Shown here: positions 24,408-34,040 of the stretch, piece by piece
Position numbering within the stretch: the first letter of the stretch is position 1
How the letters are laid out: the number at the start of each line of letters is the position of its first letter
DNA from: Armatimonadota bacterium
Lineage (GTDB): Bacteria > Armatimonadota > SYMT01
DNA length: 64,000 nucleotides
NCBI GenBank assembly: GCA_041690135.1
Contig: JAWLHY010000013.1
Span: forward strand, 180,921 to 244,920
Direction of reading: 5' to 3'
Notes under the pieces: model-generated
What the model saw: only the letters and a program-made list of their open reading frames with translations
What the model was told of the DNA's origin: nothing
Databases searched by the model: none
Made by a program: the position numbers and the translations under genes

Positions 24408-25643
24408 TCAGGGTCGGTGATCCCGAATGGCGATCACCGCCGTCAATATCCCCTTGACTTCCGCCCACGAGAGGGCCGTTAGCTCCCGGTAATGGCGGTA
24501 CGGCTTGCGTTGGAACACCTTGATATCCCGGTTGTGGCTCGGCTGCCAGAACTCGGGAAAGGGATCGAGGACCAGCACTTTTCCAGTCTTGCGATCTATA
24601 CTCCAAACCGTCGCCTGGTGAGTCCGGTCCCCGGATCGCACGATGATCTCATCGCCGGGCAGTACGCAGTCCGCCAGGCGTGTCCGGCTTCCGAGAGCCA
24701 CCACTTCCGGACCGTCCGACTCGCGCTTTTTTTCGGCCAGCAGGAAAACGGAGGCAAAGGCATTCCGCGGGAAGGCCTGGCGGTAGTTGGAGAACGCCTG
24801 GCGCACGGTTACTCTCGTCTGCCGGGTCGGATCGAAAAACGCACGCCATACGAACCCCAGGCGCACCCGCATCAGACCATCCACGAAGGCGGCAGTGAGA
24901 TCGGAGCGGCCCGGGAGCTCGCGGGAGACACGCGGCGCGCTCCCTCCGGCCACCGAGAGCTTCTTCACCACCGAGGCGAGGAAGGCCCGATCGGCGGAGG
25001 TGTATTGTTGTTCGTAGAACTTCTTGAACTGCTGCATCCTTTCCAGCGGCTCGCTCATCCTCTGGAGCAGGAACCAGTAGTTCATTTCCTCCTTCTTTCC
25101 CTGCGACTTATAGATGCCCTGTAAAACCTCCATACACCGGGGGTCGCCCAGTTCGGCGCCCATCTGCAAATACTTGAAGGCTCTCGCCTTGAGGTTTGCG
25201 GCCGCGGGGTTTTCCTGCCTTGCCTGGATCAAGAGGTGAGCGCCGGCCAGATAAGGGGCGTCCGGCTGCCCCAGGTCGCTCGCGCGCGCGTAATCTTCCG
25301 TGGCGGCCTCCGGAGCTCCGTCCTGCTCGTTGATCTGGCCGCGCAAGTAGTAGGCATTCGCCCGCACGAATTGCCGGAGGCGCGCCCCAGAGGAGGAAGC
25401 CAGCGGTTTGGGTTTGGCTATCAGGGCATCCGCCAGCCGACGCGCTTCCGGCAAGCGTTTCGCCCGGATAGCAGTTACAATCCGCTGCAACTCCGGTTGC
25501 GTGACAAAGCCATCGTCGTCCTTCGTGACTGACGCGGCCGCTGGCGATGGAGACGGAGATTGCACAAGGCCGAACGCTGGAGACAGGCAAATCCCAGCTA
25601 GAAAGGTGGCAGTTGACCAGGAGTGCAGGTTTCGTTTGAGCAT
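24408..25643 (-). CDS. Secreted TPR/Sel1-like repeat protein with a possible papain/C39-like C-terminal domain
   Basis: Signal peptide; ANAYYLRGQINE, AFKYLQMGAELGD helices; C-terminal THQATV...VLVLDP. Confidence 0.55.
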   Translation of the reverse strand: MLKRNLHSWSTATFLAGICLSPAFGLVQSPSPSPAAASVTKDDDGFVTQPELQRIVTAIRAKRLPEARRLADALIAKPKPLASSSGARLRQFVRANAYYLRGQINEQDGAPEAATEDYARASDLGQPDAPYLAGAHLLIQARQENPAAANLKARAFKYLQMGAELGDPRCMEVLQGIYKSQGKKEEMNYWFLLQRMSEPLERMQQFKKFYEQQYTSADRAFLASVVKKLSVAGGSAPRVSRELPGRSDLTAAFVDGLMRVRLGFVWRAFFDPTRQTRVTVRQAFSNYRQAFPRNAFASVFLLAEKKRESDGPEVVALGSRTRLADCVLPGDEIIVRSGDRTHQATVWSIDRKTGKVLVLDPFPEFWQPSHNRDIKVFQRKPYRHYRELTALSWAEVKGILTAVIAIRDHRP

Positions 25644-25693
25644 GAATACCTTCTTTTAACACGTGGCAATGTTTCGATTCGCAATAACCCGCG

Positions 25694-26398
25694 TTACTCC
25701 CGGAACTTCCGATAAAGGTAAGTCCAGCTTGTGTGGGTGCTGTGCTGTTCTTTGCTTATCTGGTAGGTGACCCTGAACCGCGCGCGATAGAGGCCGGGAC
25801 TCTTTGCCTCCAGCACTACGCTCATCGGATGATGCGCATCCGGTAACTCAGGGGCAAGCGTGACCCCCTGGCTTCCTTCCACGGTGCGCAAGAGGTTCCG
25901 CGGCTCTACCGCCACGACGTCTCCCTCGGTCCGGCTGCGGACGTAACTGCCGCTCACCTCACCGGAGTGGAGAACGAACCGGTATTCGTGCACCTTAACG
26001 ATCCCGTGTGGGGTGGACTCCAGCTCATCGATCTCGTACGCCAATTGCTTCGCGGCGGAGGGTGTCAATGGGACGGGTTCTGTTTCCAATTCGAGCTCTC
26101 TCACGAGAATTGGCTTCTTCCCGTCCTGGTTGTGCGCGAGGGTCAACTCGAGCCGTACCACTTCACAACCCACGAAAGCGTTGTACCAGGTGGGATTCTT
26201 CCCCAACAGCGGCACTGCCTGGATGGGCTCATCCAGAGTTAGACCCAGGTTGGTTCGGTCGGACTCCAGGTCCCGGTTGACCAGGAACCCCGCTCCGTTG
26301 AGAACGGCTCCAAGAAGTACCGTGACCACTCCGACGAACAGCGCTCCATTTAGGAACGTCCACTTACCGCCTGACTGGGGGTTCTGATGGCTATCCAT
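25694..26398 (-). CDS. Hypothetical protein with N-terminal membrane anchor
   Basis: 234-aa ORF, one TM segment then beta-rich domain, co-oriented with 24408-25643. Confidence 0.6.
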   Translation of the reverse strand: MDSHQNPQSGGKWTFLNGALFVGVVTVLLGAVLNGAGFLVNRDLESDRTNLGLTLDEPIQAVPLLGKNPTWYNAFVGCEVVRLELTLAHNQDGKKPILVRELELETEPVPLTPSAAKQLAYEIDELESTPHGIVKVHEYRFVLHSGEVSGSYVRSRTEGDVVAVEPRNLLRTVEGSQGVTLAPELPDAHHPMSVVLEAKSPGLYRARFRVTYQISKEQHSTHTSWTYLYRKFRE

Positions 26399-27177
26399 AA
26401 GCCCTCACGATCGCGTGAAGAACAGTGTCTGGAACAGAGCGGTACTGAAGTTGCACATGTGACATGATACAGCCATCCTCCGCAGTGTGCTGGTGCTGGC
26501 GATGGATGGAAATGTCTTCCGTGTGGGCAGGAAATTTAACTGGATGATGCGCTAGTTGGTAAGATACGAAGCTATGAAACGATATCCTCATTGATTACAC
26601 CGCGGCAGGCGAATCCCTTGTCGCGGTGTGATAAGAACGGATCGCAACCCGGAGTGCGGTCGAGTTCCAGAGCGGATTGCCACCACCCGCGAGAGATTCA
26701 AATACCCTTGTCAAAGAACTGATCGCGATCTCGGGCGGGTGCGGTTCGACCCGGACGAATCGGAGATCGACGCGCCACAGTCGCAGGTGCCGGTGGCGCC
26801 GGAGTGGATCCCGCAATGGCCGGGGGATCGGAGTCCCTGCGGGGGGCTAAATGTTCGGGAGTTGCTTTACCGGCCATGGTGTTCGCCCCAAGGGACGATC
26901 CGGATTCGGGACCAGTATTCGCAAGGGGACCGGACTTTGTCCGGACTCCCACCGCGCGCTGTAGGGTGGTAGCGAGTTGGGAGCGTGGTGTACGGAACGT
27001 CCGCTCCTCGCAGGATCCCCGTGGTACACCCGGCAACTGGGTTAACCTTGGCGCGAGGGCCAGGTGCAGGAGAGAGAGCAGCCGTGGCCGGCGGGTGTGC
27101 GGTTTGTCGATTGTGCGTACTGTGACGGACGGTGGCAAGCCCCTGTGCTACCTTTCGAACCCGAGGCGACTGCCGCC

Positions 27178-28611
27178 TCAGGCCTTCTGGAGAAGCTCGC
27201 GGATCGGTTTGCCATGGCCGTCGCGGGTGACGTAGAAGGGTCGCTTCTCGATCTCGTAGGCCAGCTTGGGGGAAATGCCGAGCGTGTGGTACATCGTGGC
27301 GTGAAGGTCCTCGATGATCACCGGCTTCTCGATCGTTTTGCAGGGGCGCTCGTCCGCCGTGACACCGTGGAGGTGGCCCTTCTTCACGCCGCCGCCGAAC
27401 ATCAGCACGCAGCCCGCGTCGGTGAAGTGGCGGTGCATGCCGTAGTGCTTGCGCTCGGTAATCACGTCGGGGACCTCGACCTGGTTCTTGATCAGCTTGT
27501 CCGGCTTGCCTTCCATCATCATGTCGCGGCTGAACTCGCTGGCGAGCACGATCAGAGTGCGGTCGAGGAGGCCGCGCTCTTCCAGGTCGCGGACGAGCTG
27601 GGCGATGGGCGCATCGATCAGGCGCTTCATCTCCACCAGGCGGTCGTGGCCGTTGTCGTGGGTGTCCCAGCCGAAGAACGGCACGTATTCAGTGGTCACT
27701 TCGATGTAGCGGGCGCCGGCTTCCGTTAGGCGGCGGGCGAGCAGACAGCCGAGGCCGAACCGGCCGGTGTTATAGATGTCGTAGGACTGCCGAGGCTCCA
27801 GCGCCAGGTCGAACGCCTTAGCGGCGGGAGAGCTGAGGAGCCGGTAGGCGTTGTCCAGGGAGCGCAGCAGCGACTCTTTCTGGTAGTCGCTGCCGTACTT
27901 ATTGATCGGGCTGTTCTTTACCAGGCTCTTGTAGAACTTTTGCCGGCTCTCGAAGCGGGACGGGCTCATGCCGCGGGGTGGGCGGACCGCCTCCACGGCC
28001 TGTTCCGGGTAGGGCACGTTGAACGGGCCATACTCGCTGCCCAGGAACCCCGCCGTTGTGAAGGCCTTGAGCTCCTCCCCCTCCCCCACGTCGAACCGCT
28101 GGCCGATGTTGATGAAGGCGGGCACGGCCGGGTTCTTGGGTCCGAGCGTCCGCGCGATCACCGCCCCGATGTGGGGACAGGCGACCGTCTGCGGCGGCGC
28201 GTAGCCGGTGTGCCAGTAGAACTGGTGCCGCGAGTGGAGGATGAAGCCGAGGTCCGGGCCGGTGTACGTGCGGATCAGGGTGCCGCGATCCATCACGGCG
28301 GCGGTCTTCTCCAGGCCCTCGGAGAACCGGATCCCGTCCACGGCCGTGGGGATGGAGGGGAAGGTGCTGAGGACCTTCTCGGAAGGGGTGCCCGGCGCGA
28401 ACGGTGTGTAGCGCTTGGGGTCGAAGGTCTCCGTGTGCGCCATGCCGCCCCCCATCCAGAGGACGATCACGGTGTCGGCGGTGGCGGGGGATGGGCGCTG
28501 GGCTTCAGGCTTTGGGCTTTGGGCCGCGTGGATCGCCTGGGGATAGCCGGCGGCGAGGGCGGAGAGGGTCGCGGCGCTCGCGCTTTTCAGGAAGTCTCTT
28601 CGATCGTTCAT
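27178..28611 (-). CDS. DUF1501 domain protein (Tat substrate)
   Basis: DRRDFLK Tat motif, LWMGGGMAHTETFDPK, FGLGCLLARRL, GWDTH, SEFSR. Confidence 0.92.
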   Translation of the reverse strand: MNDRRDFLKSASAATLSALAAGYPQAIHAAQSPKPEAQRPSPATADTVIVLWMGGGMAHTETFDPKRYTPFAPGTPSEKVLSTFPSIPTAVDGIRFSEGLEKTAAVMDRGTLIRTYTGPDLGFILHSRHQFYWHTGYAPPQTVACPHIGAVIARTLGPKNPAVPAFINIGQRFDVGEGEELKAFTTAGFLGSEYGPFNVPYPEQAVEAVRPPRGMSPSRFESRQKFYKSLVKNSPINKYGSDYQKESLLRSLDNAYRLLSSPAAKAFDLALEPRQSYDIYNTGRFGLGCLLARRLTEAGARYIEVTTEYVPFFGWDTHDNGHDRLVEMKRLIDAPIAQLVRDLEERGLLDRTLIVLASEFSRDMMMEGKPDKLIKNQVEVPDVITERKHYGMHRHFTDAGCVLMFGGGVKKGHLHGVTADERPCKTIEKPVIIEDLHATMYHTLGISPKLAYEIEKRPFYVTRDGHGKPIRELLQKA

Positions 28612-28622
28612 ATCCGAATCCT

Positions 28623-31106
28623 TCAGTAGATCAACTGGAACTCGGGCAGCATCACCAGCGCCCAGAACAGGTCTTCCACACCTTCGCGGGTGGGCGGCGT
28701 GCCCAGGATCTCCTGCGCGGCACTCCGTTCCGCGGCAGAGGGCCGGCGTCCCAGGGCGCGCTCGTAGAGGGCCTCCGCCAGCGGGGCCTGCTTCTCGCTA
28801 CCCGGCACCCGGCCGCTCACCCAGTCCTCCGCGCCCTGGGCCAGCATCGACGCGAGCACCTGGCCGTTGGTCAGCTCCAGGGCCTGCAGCGTGGTGGCGA
28901 CTGGCGAGCGCCAGGTGACGATCTGTTCCCGGTTCGGCCGCCCCAGCGCGCGGGTCAGCGGGTCGGCCGTCGCCAGGGCGGCGCGGGCCTCGAGGAGCGG
29001 GCGGTCCGAGGTGACCACCAGCAACTGGAGGGAAGTCTGCGCCCCCGGCGTCTCGTGGGCGCCCGTGTCCGGACCGGCGGTCGCGCGGAAGCGGGTGGTC
29101 CCCGGCGGGAGCACGTAGGTGATGAAGGAATTGGCGTGGGTGCCGATCCCCGTCTTGAAGGTTCGGGTCCCCAGCCGCAGCGGCTTGTTGACCACGCTCC
29201 GGTTCAGGCGCACCTGGCCGTAGCCCGTGGTGGCCGACTGCCACTTGAGGGCCGTGAGGGAGGTCTCGCCTTTGGCGCCGACGAGGACCGGCTCCACCCA
29301 GTTGGCCCAGTCCGAGTTGCCGCCGTTGCCCCCGTCCAGGGTGATGAGCGTGAGAACCCGTGCCCCGGTGACGTCCACGTCCACTTCGACGGAGCCGCCC
29401 TTCAGCACCTCGCTCCGGAATTTCACCGCAGCCCGCCCCTCCGCCGCCAGGGCATCCAGGTCCGGCAGCTTCACCGGCGCGCCCGGCGCGGGAACGGACC
29501 ACACCCCGGTGAGGGAGGAGATCGCGTCCACGAACTGTTCCGCGGACATCCGCTTGACGGTGGGCCCGCGGAATACAAAGGCGGCGGCATCTTCCGAGGC
29601 CAGCATCATCGGCGGAAGCTGGTAGGCGCGCGAGGTGACGATCCGTTCCAGGGTCTTCTTCAAATCGTAGCCGTTCTGCACCAGGTCGGCGGCCAGCCAG
29701 TCCAGCAACTCCGGCGACCAGGGCCGGTGGTCCATCTCGTCGACCGGCTCGACCAGGCCCCGCCCCATCAACCGCTGCCAGAGGCGGTTCACGAGGGTCC
29801 GGGGCAGGCGACCGTTATTGCGGGAAAGCAGGATGGAAGCAAGCTGCTCCGCTCGCTTTTCCCGTGGAGCGGCGGGGTCGATGGCGCCCAGTTCCGGATA
29901 GAGGAACTTGACCGGCGCTACCTGGCCCGTCGGCTTGTCGCAGCGGACCATCTCCAGCGGCTTATCCGCGTAGATCCCCGCCATCCCATAGGCATCGGCC
30001 AGCTTCCAGGTGTTGATGAAGCTGTCGTGGCAGGAAGCGCACTTGAGGTTGATCCCCATGAAGATCTGCGAGATGCTCTGCGCCGCCTGCATCTGGGGGG
30101 TCTGGCTGGCATTCACCACGCCGCGCCAGACGATGCCCTTCACGAACCCCGCCGAGGCGGGCGTCGGGTTCACCAGCTCCGACACAAACCGGTCGTAAGG
30201 CTTGTTGGTCAGCAGCGCGTCGTAGAGCCAGCCGGTGATGGAGGCGCGGCCGCCGTCGATGTAGCCCGTCCCGATGTAGTCGTTGCGCAGGAGGTCGTTC
30301 CAGTACGAAAGCCAGTGCTCGGCGTAGCGGCGGTCGTCGGCCAGCAGCTTCCGGGCCAGGCGGGCGTGTTTGTCCGGTCCGCGGTCCGCTTCGAACTCCC
30401 GCAGTTCTGCCGGCGTGGGCAGGAGACCGATCAGGTCCAGGTAGACCCGCCGGGCGTAGGTCCGGTCGTCCACCACTTGCTGCGGCTGCACCTTGTGCGT
30501 GCGGAAATAGGAGGTCAGCAGCAGGTCGATCGGGTTCGAGAGCCCGGACCCGGGCGGGGCGGAGGGCACCCGCGGTGCGCCCAGCGCCAGCTTCGGCTTC
30601 CAGGTGTCCGCCGCCTTCGCGTTCCCGAAGCTGAGGCCCTGGTCGATCCAGGCGCGGAGCACCGCCACCTCGCGCGGCGCCAGGCGGGCTCCCTTGGGCG
30701 GCATGATCTTGCCCGGTACCTGGCCGGAAACGAGGCGGACCAGGTAACTCTGGGCGCCCTTGCCGGGCTGCACCACGGGGTGGGTGCTCTCGCTGCCGGT
30801 GAGGATCCCCTCCCGGCTGTCCACCTGGAAGCCGCCCAGACGCGTTCCGTTCCCGTGGCAGGCGTAGCACCGCGCCACCAGGATCGGCTTCACGTCCTTC
30901 TCATACGAGATGGGCGCCGGAGCGGTTTTCGCAGTCGGCCTGGGGGTTGTCTTTGGAGCGGCTTTGGCCGCCGCGGCGGGCTTCGCGGGAGCGGCCTTCC
31001 CCGCGCTAGACTTCACGGGCGCCGCCAGGGCGACCAGGGAAAGCGAGGAGAGCAGACCCAGCCCGGCCAGGCCCTGGAGGAGACGGTTGGAGGAGCGTAT
31101 GCGCAT
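28623..31106 (-). CDS. Planctomycete cytochrome c + DUF1549/DUF1553 protein with NPCBM/NEW2-like domain
   Basis: CYACHG, CASCHD, WSPELLDWLA, DGGNGGNSDWANW, GIGTHANS, WALVMLPEFQLIY. Confidence 0.88.
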   Translation of the reverse strand: MRIRSSNRLLQGLAGLGLLSSLSLVALAAPVKSSAGKAAPAKPAAAAKAAPKTTPRPTAKTAPAPISYEKDVKPILVARCYACHGNGTRLGGFQVDSREGILTGSESTHPVVQPGKGAQSYLVRLVSGQVPGKIMPPKGARLAPREVAVLRAWIDQGLSFGNAKAADTWKPKLALGAPRVPSAPPGSGLSNPIDLLLTSYFRTHKVQPQQVVDDRTYARRVYLDLIGLLPTPAELREFEADRGPDKHARLARKLLADDRRYAEHWLSYWNDLLRNDYIGTGYIDGGRASITGWLYDALLTNKPYDRFVSELVNPTPASAGFVKGIVWRGVVNASQTPQMQAAQSISQIFMGINLKCASCHDSFINTWKLADAYGMAGIYADKPLEMVRCDKPTGQVAPVKFLYPELGAIDPAAPREKRAEQLASILLSRNNGRLPRTLVNRLWQRLMGRGLVEPVDEMDHRPWSPELLDWLAADLVQNGYDLKKTLERIVTSRAYQLPPMMLASEDAAAFVFRGPTVKRMSAEQFVDAISSLTGVWSVPAPGAPVKLPDLDALAAEGRAAVKFRSEVLKGGSVEVDVDVTGARVLTLITLDGGNGGNSDWANWVEPVLVGAKGETSLTALKWQSATTGYGQVRLNRSVVNKPLRLGTRTFKTGIGTHANSFITYVLPPGTTRFRATAGPDTGAHETPGAQTSLQLLVVTSDRPLLEARAALATADPLTRALGRPNREQIVTWRSPVATTLQALELTNGQVLASMLAQGAEDWVSGRVPGSEKQAPLAEALYERALGRRPSAAERSAAQEILGTPPTREGVEDLFWALVMLPEFQLIY

Positions 31107-31265
31107 CTGGAAGAGGAAGGATCACGACAGGAGTGGGCCACGACGCCCCGCCCTACCCTATTGTGACACGAACTACGGGACGAAGGTTGTGACCAAATGG
31201 GAGCTGGGAGGGGTTCGTGTTTGAGGATGATGGACGGGAACTGGGGTGCCCCGTGCAGGGTAGGC

Positions 31266-31303
31266 GTGATGCGTAAGGAGTGATGCGTAAGGAGTGATGC
31301 GTG
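31266..31303. repeat. Short tandem 14-mer repeat GTGATGCGTAAGGA (about 3 copies)
   Basis: Read directly; related to TACGCAA/ATGCGTA heptamers at 7857-7878 and 19289-19315. Confidence 0.7.
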
Positions 31304-31695
31304 AGGTCTGGGGCAGAGGTTGTGCCGTTCGAGAGTGATGCGCTGCGCGGCTAACGCGCCCAGACGGGCGTCCGTATGGACGAAATCGCGAAAGCCCCTT
31401 CGGGCCCGTAGGGGGGCGGAAGACGCGAAAATCCGAACCCCAATAGACGGATAGATAAGGCTTCTGGCGGGAGATTAACTGCTTGCGGCCTCGCGACCAT
31501 CGAGCCAGCACTTGGGTGGGGCTGGTGATATTCGATTGTGATCGGCGGTCCCGTCGCCCAAGCATTTGGATACGGGACCGCCGCACTGCGCCATGGTGCT
31601 GGCACCCTCGCTGTTGGGAGAGATGTGTTCGACCTCCCCCCCTCTTCGCGCCCTCTGCGTCCTTTGCGCTCTTTGCGTTAGGAACGGGCCAGGCG

Positions 31696-32571
31696 CTATT
31701 TGACGGTGTGGTATTCCTTGTTCTTGAGTCCCTCGTGGGTGTGCTTCACATCGAGGTCCACATCGGGCTCCTTCTTCAGCTTTGGCGGGACCAGGTCGCC
31801 GACGGGGCCTTTCCCGATGGTGATGCCGCCGTCCACCGTCCAGAGGGCGCCGGTCACGTAGCTCGCTTCATCGGAAGCCAGGAAGGCATAGACGTTGGCG
31901 ATCTCTTCCACGGTGGCGCGCCGGCCGAGGGGGGTGGCCTGGAGCGTCATCGTTTCGGTCTGGGCATCCATCGGCCCCTGCTCTTTGTGGGTCCAGGCGG
32001 TGTCGACGGCGCCCGGGCAGATGCAGTTGGCGCGTACGCCGTAGTGGGCTTGCTCGACGGCCACGCCGCGCATGAACGCGTGGAGAAAGCCCTTGGTCCC
32101 TCCGTAAGGAGTGTTCTTCGTCAGGCCGACGATGCCGGACTCGGAACCGGCGCAGATGACGTTGCCGCGAGTCTTCTGCAGGTACGGCAGCGCGTACTTG
32201 GTCATCAGGAAGGCGGAGCGAAGGTTCATCCGCAACGTGTAGTCGAAGTCCTCGAGAGCGTAGTCTTGTGTTTCGCCCACGGCAACGAAGACGCCGGCGT
32301 TGTTGATCAGGATGTCCAGACGGCCCCATTCCGACACGGCAGTCCGGACACAGTCTTCCGCGGCCTTTTCATCGGAGACATCGCCCAGGAAGCCGATAGC
32401 CTTCCCGCCGTGCTTCTGGATGCTGTCCACCACGTCCTTCACGGGGTCGGTGGGCAAACCGTTGACGACGACCTTTGCGCCTTCCTTGGCGAACTTGTGG
32501 GCGATTGCCTCCCCGATCCCGGTGCCGGCTCCGGTGATGATCGCTACCTTATCGTGCAGGTGCTGATGCAT
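31696..32571 (-). CDS. Classical SDR family oxidoreductase
   Basis: TGAGTGIG, NNAG, YGGTK, VTGALWTVDGG. Confidence 0.92.
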   Translation of the reverse strand: MHQHLHDKVAIITGAGTGIGEAIAHKFAKEGAKVVVNGLPTDPVKDVVDSIQKHGGKAIGFLGDVSDEKAAEDCVRTAVSEWGRLDILINNAGVFVAVGETQDYALEDFDYTLRMNLRSAFLMTKYALPYLQKTRGNVICAGSESGIVGLTKNTPYGGTKGFLHAFMRGVAVEQAHYGVRANCICPGAVDTAWTHKEQGPMDAQTETMTLQATPLGRRATVEEIANVYAFLASDEASYVTGALWTVDGGITIGKGPVGDLVPPKLKKEPDVDLDVKHTHEGLKNKEYHTVK

Positions 32572-32694
32572 TGTGTCCTCCTTGAATGCTGGTCGTGGCG
32601 CTGTTGCCGCTTGCGGCGTGTGTTACCCAAAGCGGCCACCGCACCTTTACCCAGCGAGAAGTCTGAACACCCATGACGGATAGGAGGTCGCAAG

Positions 32695-32725
32695 AAAAAG
32701 GCAGGGCCGTTTCCGACCCTGCCTT
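32695..32725 (-). terminator. Probable intrinsic terminator
   Basis: AAGGCAGGG...CCCTGCCTT stem with an A run on the + strand (T tail on -), downstream of 32760-33179. Confidence 0.65.
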
Positions 32726-32759
32726 CGTTGAACCAATTCGCCCCTAAATTCAGCATTAC

Positions 32760-33179
32760 TTACCGGCGATAGCGGTTGTAGTCGTAGCGGTCGTACTTGT
32801 TGCGCACGCCGTCTCGATCCCAGTCCCGCTCGCGCGAGTGCCGGCTGTGAGTGTAGTCGTACCGGTCGCGGCTGTTGGGGATGCGGTCGCCGTCGATGTC
32901 CCGGTCCCGATGGTTCGGGATCCCATCCCGGTCGAGGTCGTATCGGTTCGTGCGGTAGCGACTGCTGCTATACCGGCTTCGGTCGTAGCGGCTGCTGCCA
33001 TAACGGTAGGAGTTGGACCGATAGCTGGGATAGCTGCGGCTCTTGTTCTTATAGTAACCATGGGCGCGCGCGTGTGGAGGAGGCGCGGCGGAGGCGGGAG
33101 CCGCCTCGGCGAACAGCAGTCCGAGACCCAGCAACGCACCCACTCCTATCGCAAGTCGAAAGTTGTTCCGACCGGTCAT
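32760..33179 (-). CDS. Small secreted Arg/Tyr-rich protein with DxDxDG repeats
   Basis: Signal peptide, PPPHARAHGY, DLDRDGIPN / DIDGDRIPN / DWDRDGVRN. Confidence 0.75.
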   Translation of the reverse strand: MTGRNNFRLAIGVGALLGLGLLFAEAAPASAAPPPHARAHGYYKNKSRSYPSYRSNSYRYGSSRYDRSRYSSSRYRTNRYDLDRDGIPNHRDRDIDGDRIPNSRDRYDYTHSRHSRERDWDRDGVRNKYDRYDYNRYRR

Positions 33180-33365
33180 TTTCTTTTTCCTTTCCGGATC
33201 GCAGGCTCACTCCCTCGTTAGTTTCGAGGCCACGCTGCGACAGGTGGCGAACACCTCTACCGGAAAGACCCGCTAACTGGCGTTAGGCTCCCTCGCTTAT
33301 ATTGCGTATTTGTTGAGGATTGGCGCGATTGAGACGCCGTTATCCCACGCCGTCAATCAGTAGAC

Positions 33366-33722
33366 ATGCGACGGATCGAATTCACCCCCGACTGCGCCCT
33401 CCCAATCTCCCACTTTGAGAGCCACGGAGCCTCGAGCGTGCCACTCGGCGATGGCTCCGGCGAGACGCACATCTATTGCATCTACCTGGAGTCGGGAAGC
33501 GCGATCGGTCTGCACCCGGCCGGTTTCGGGCAGCTCTTTCTGGTCGTGGCGGGAACGGCCTGGGCCGCGGGCGCCACGGGAGAGCGGATCCCCCTTCAAA
33601 CCGGCCAGGGCGCCGTGTTCGAGAAGGGTGAGTTGCACTCCAAGGGCAGTGACAGCGGGGCGACGGTCCTGATGATCCAGGTCAGTAAATTGGATGCGCG
33701 TTGCTCCGTGGAGCAGGAGTGA
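33366..33722 (+). CDS. Cupin domain protein
   Basis: IGLHPAGFGQLFLVVAG and FEKGELHSKGS cupin motifs. Confidence 0.8.
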   Translation: MRRIEFTPDCALPISHFESHGASSVPLGDGSGETHIYCIYLESGSAIGLHPAGFGQLFLVVAGTAWAAGATGERIPLQTGQGAVFEKGELHSKGSDSGATVLMIQVSKLDARCSVEQE

Positions 33723-33756
33723 GGCCGGGCTGTAGAGAAACCAGCAGTCGGGCGCG

Positions 33757-33826
33757 GGGACTGTAGCTCAAGGGAAGAGTGCCCCCCTCAAGCGGGAAGT
33801 TGGCGGTTCGAGTCCGTCCAGTCTCT
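33757..33826 (+). ncRNA. tRNA-like element 1 (degenerate anticodon arm, extended acceptor stem, no CCA)
   Basis: GGGACTG TA GCTC AAGGGAA GAGT G CCCCCCTCAAGCGGG AAGTT GGCGG TTCGAGT CCGTC CAGTCTC; flanks GGCGCG/TGCGCC extend the stem. Confidence 0.7.
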
Positions 33827-33842
33827 GCGCCTCCTACCTGTG

Positions 33843-33914
33843 GAGACTGTAGCTCAAGGGAAGAGCGCCCACTTGTCACGTGGGGGGTTGGCGGTTCGAG
33901 TCCGTCCGGTCTCC
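33843..33914 (+). tRNA. tRNA-like element 2, anticodon GTC (Asp), atypical, no CCA
   Basis: GAGACTG TA GCTC AAGGGAA GAGC G CCCAC TTGTCAC GTGGG GGGTT GGCGG TTCGAGT CCGTC CGGTCTC C; complete cloverleaf. Confidence 0.7.
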
Positions 33915-33932
33915 GTGCCTCCAGCCCATCCG

Positions 33933-34004
33933 GAGACCGTAGTTCAAGGGAAGAGCACCCACTTGCTAAGTGGGAGGCTGACGGTTCGAGTCCGTCCGGT
34001 CTCC
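33933..34004 (+). tRNA. tRNA-like element 3, anticodon GCT (Ser) but short variable loop, no CCA
   Basis: GAGACCG TA GTTC AAGGGAA GAGC A CCCAC TTGCTAA GTGGG AGGCT GACGG TTCGAGT CCGTC CGGTCTC C; complete cloverleaf. Confidence 0.7.
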
Positions 34005-34040
34005 ACCTCCTTCCGGATCGAGTGACAAGGGTGGTGCAGT

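Noticed and set aside
26595-27170. Short ORFs between the island and the DUF1501 gene
   Set aside because: No recognisable motifs or clear SD; cannot support a gene call.
28404-31166. 920-aa + strand ORF
   Set aside because: Antisense shadow of the DUF1549/DUF1553 gene.
33757-33826. tRNA-Sec or opal suppressor call for copy 1 (TCA in loop)
   Set aside because: Anticodon arm is 2 nt short and mismatched, there is no long variable arm and no CCA; kept only as tRNA-like.
33757-34010. Prophage/island attachment site at the tRNA-like repeats
   Set aside because: Copies are full-length rather than 3' fragments, and no integrase is nearby.
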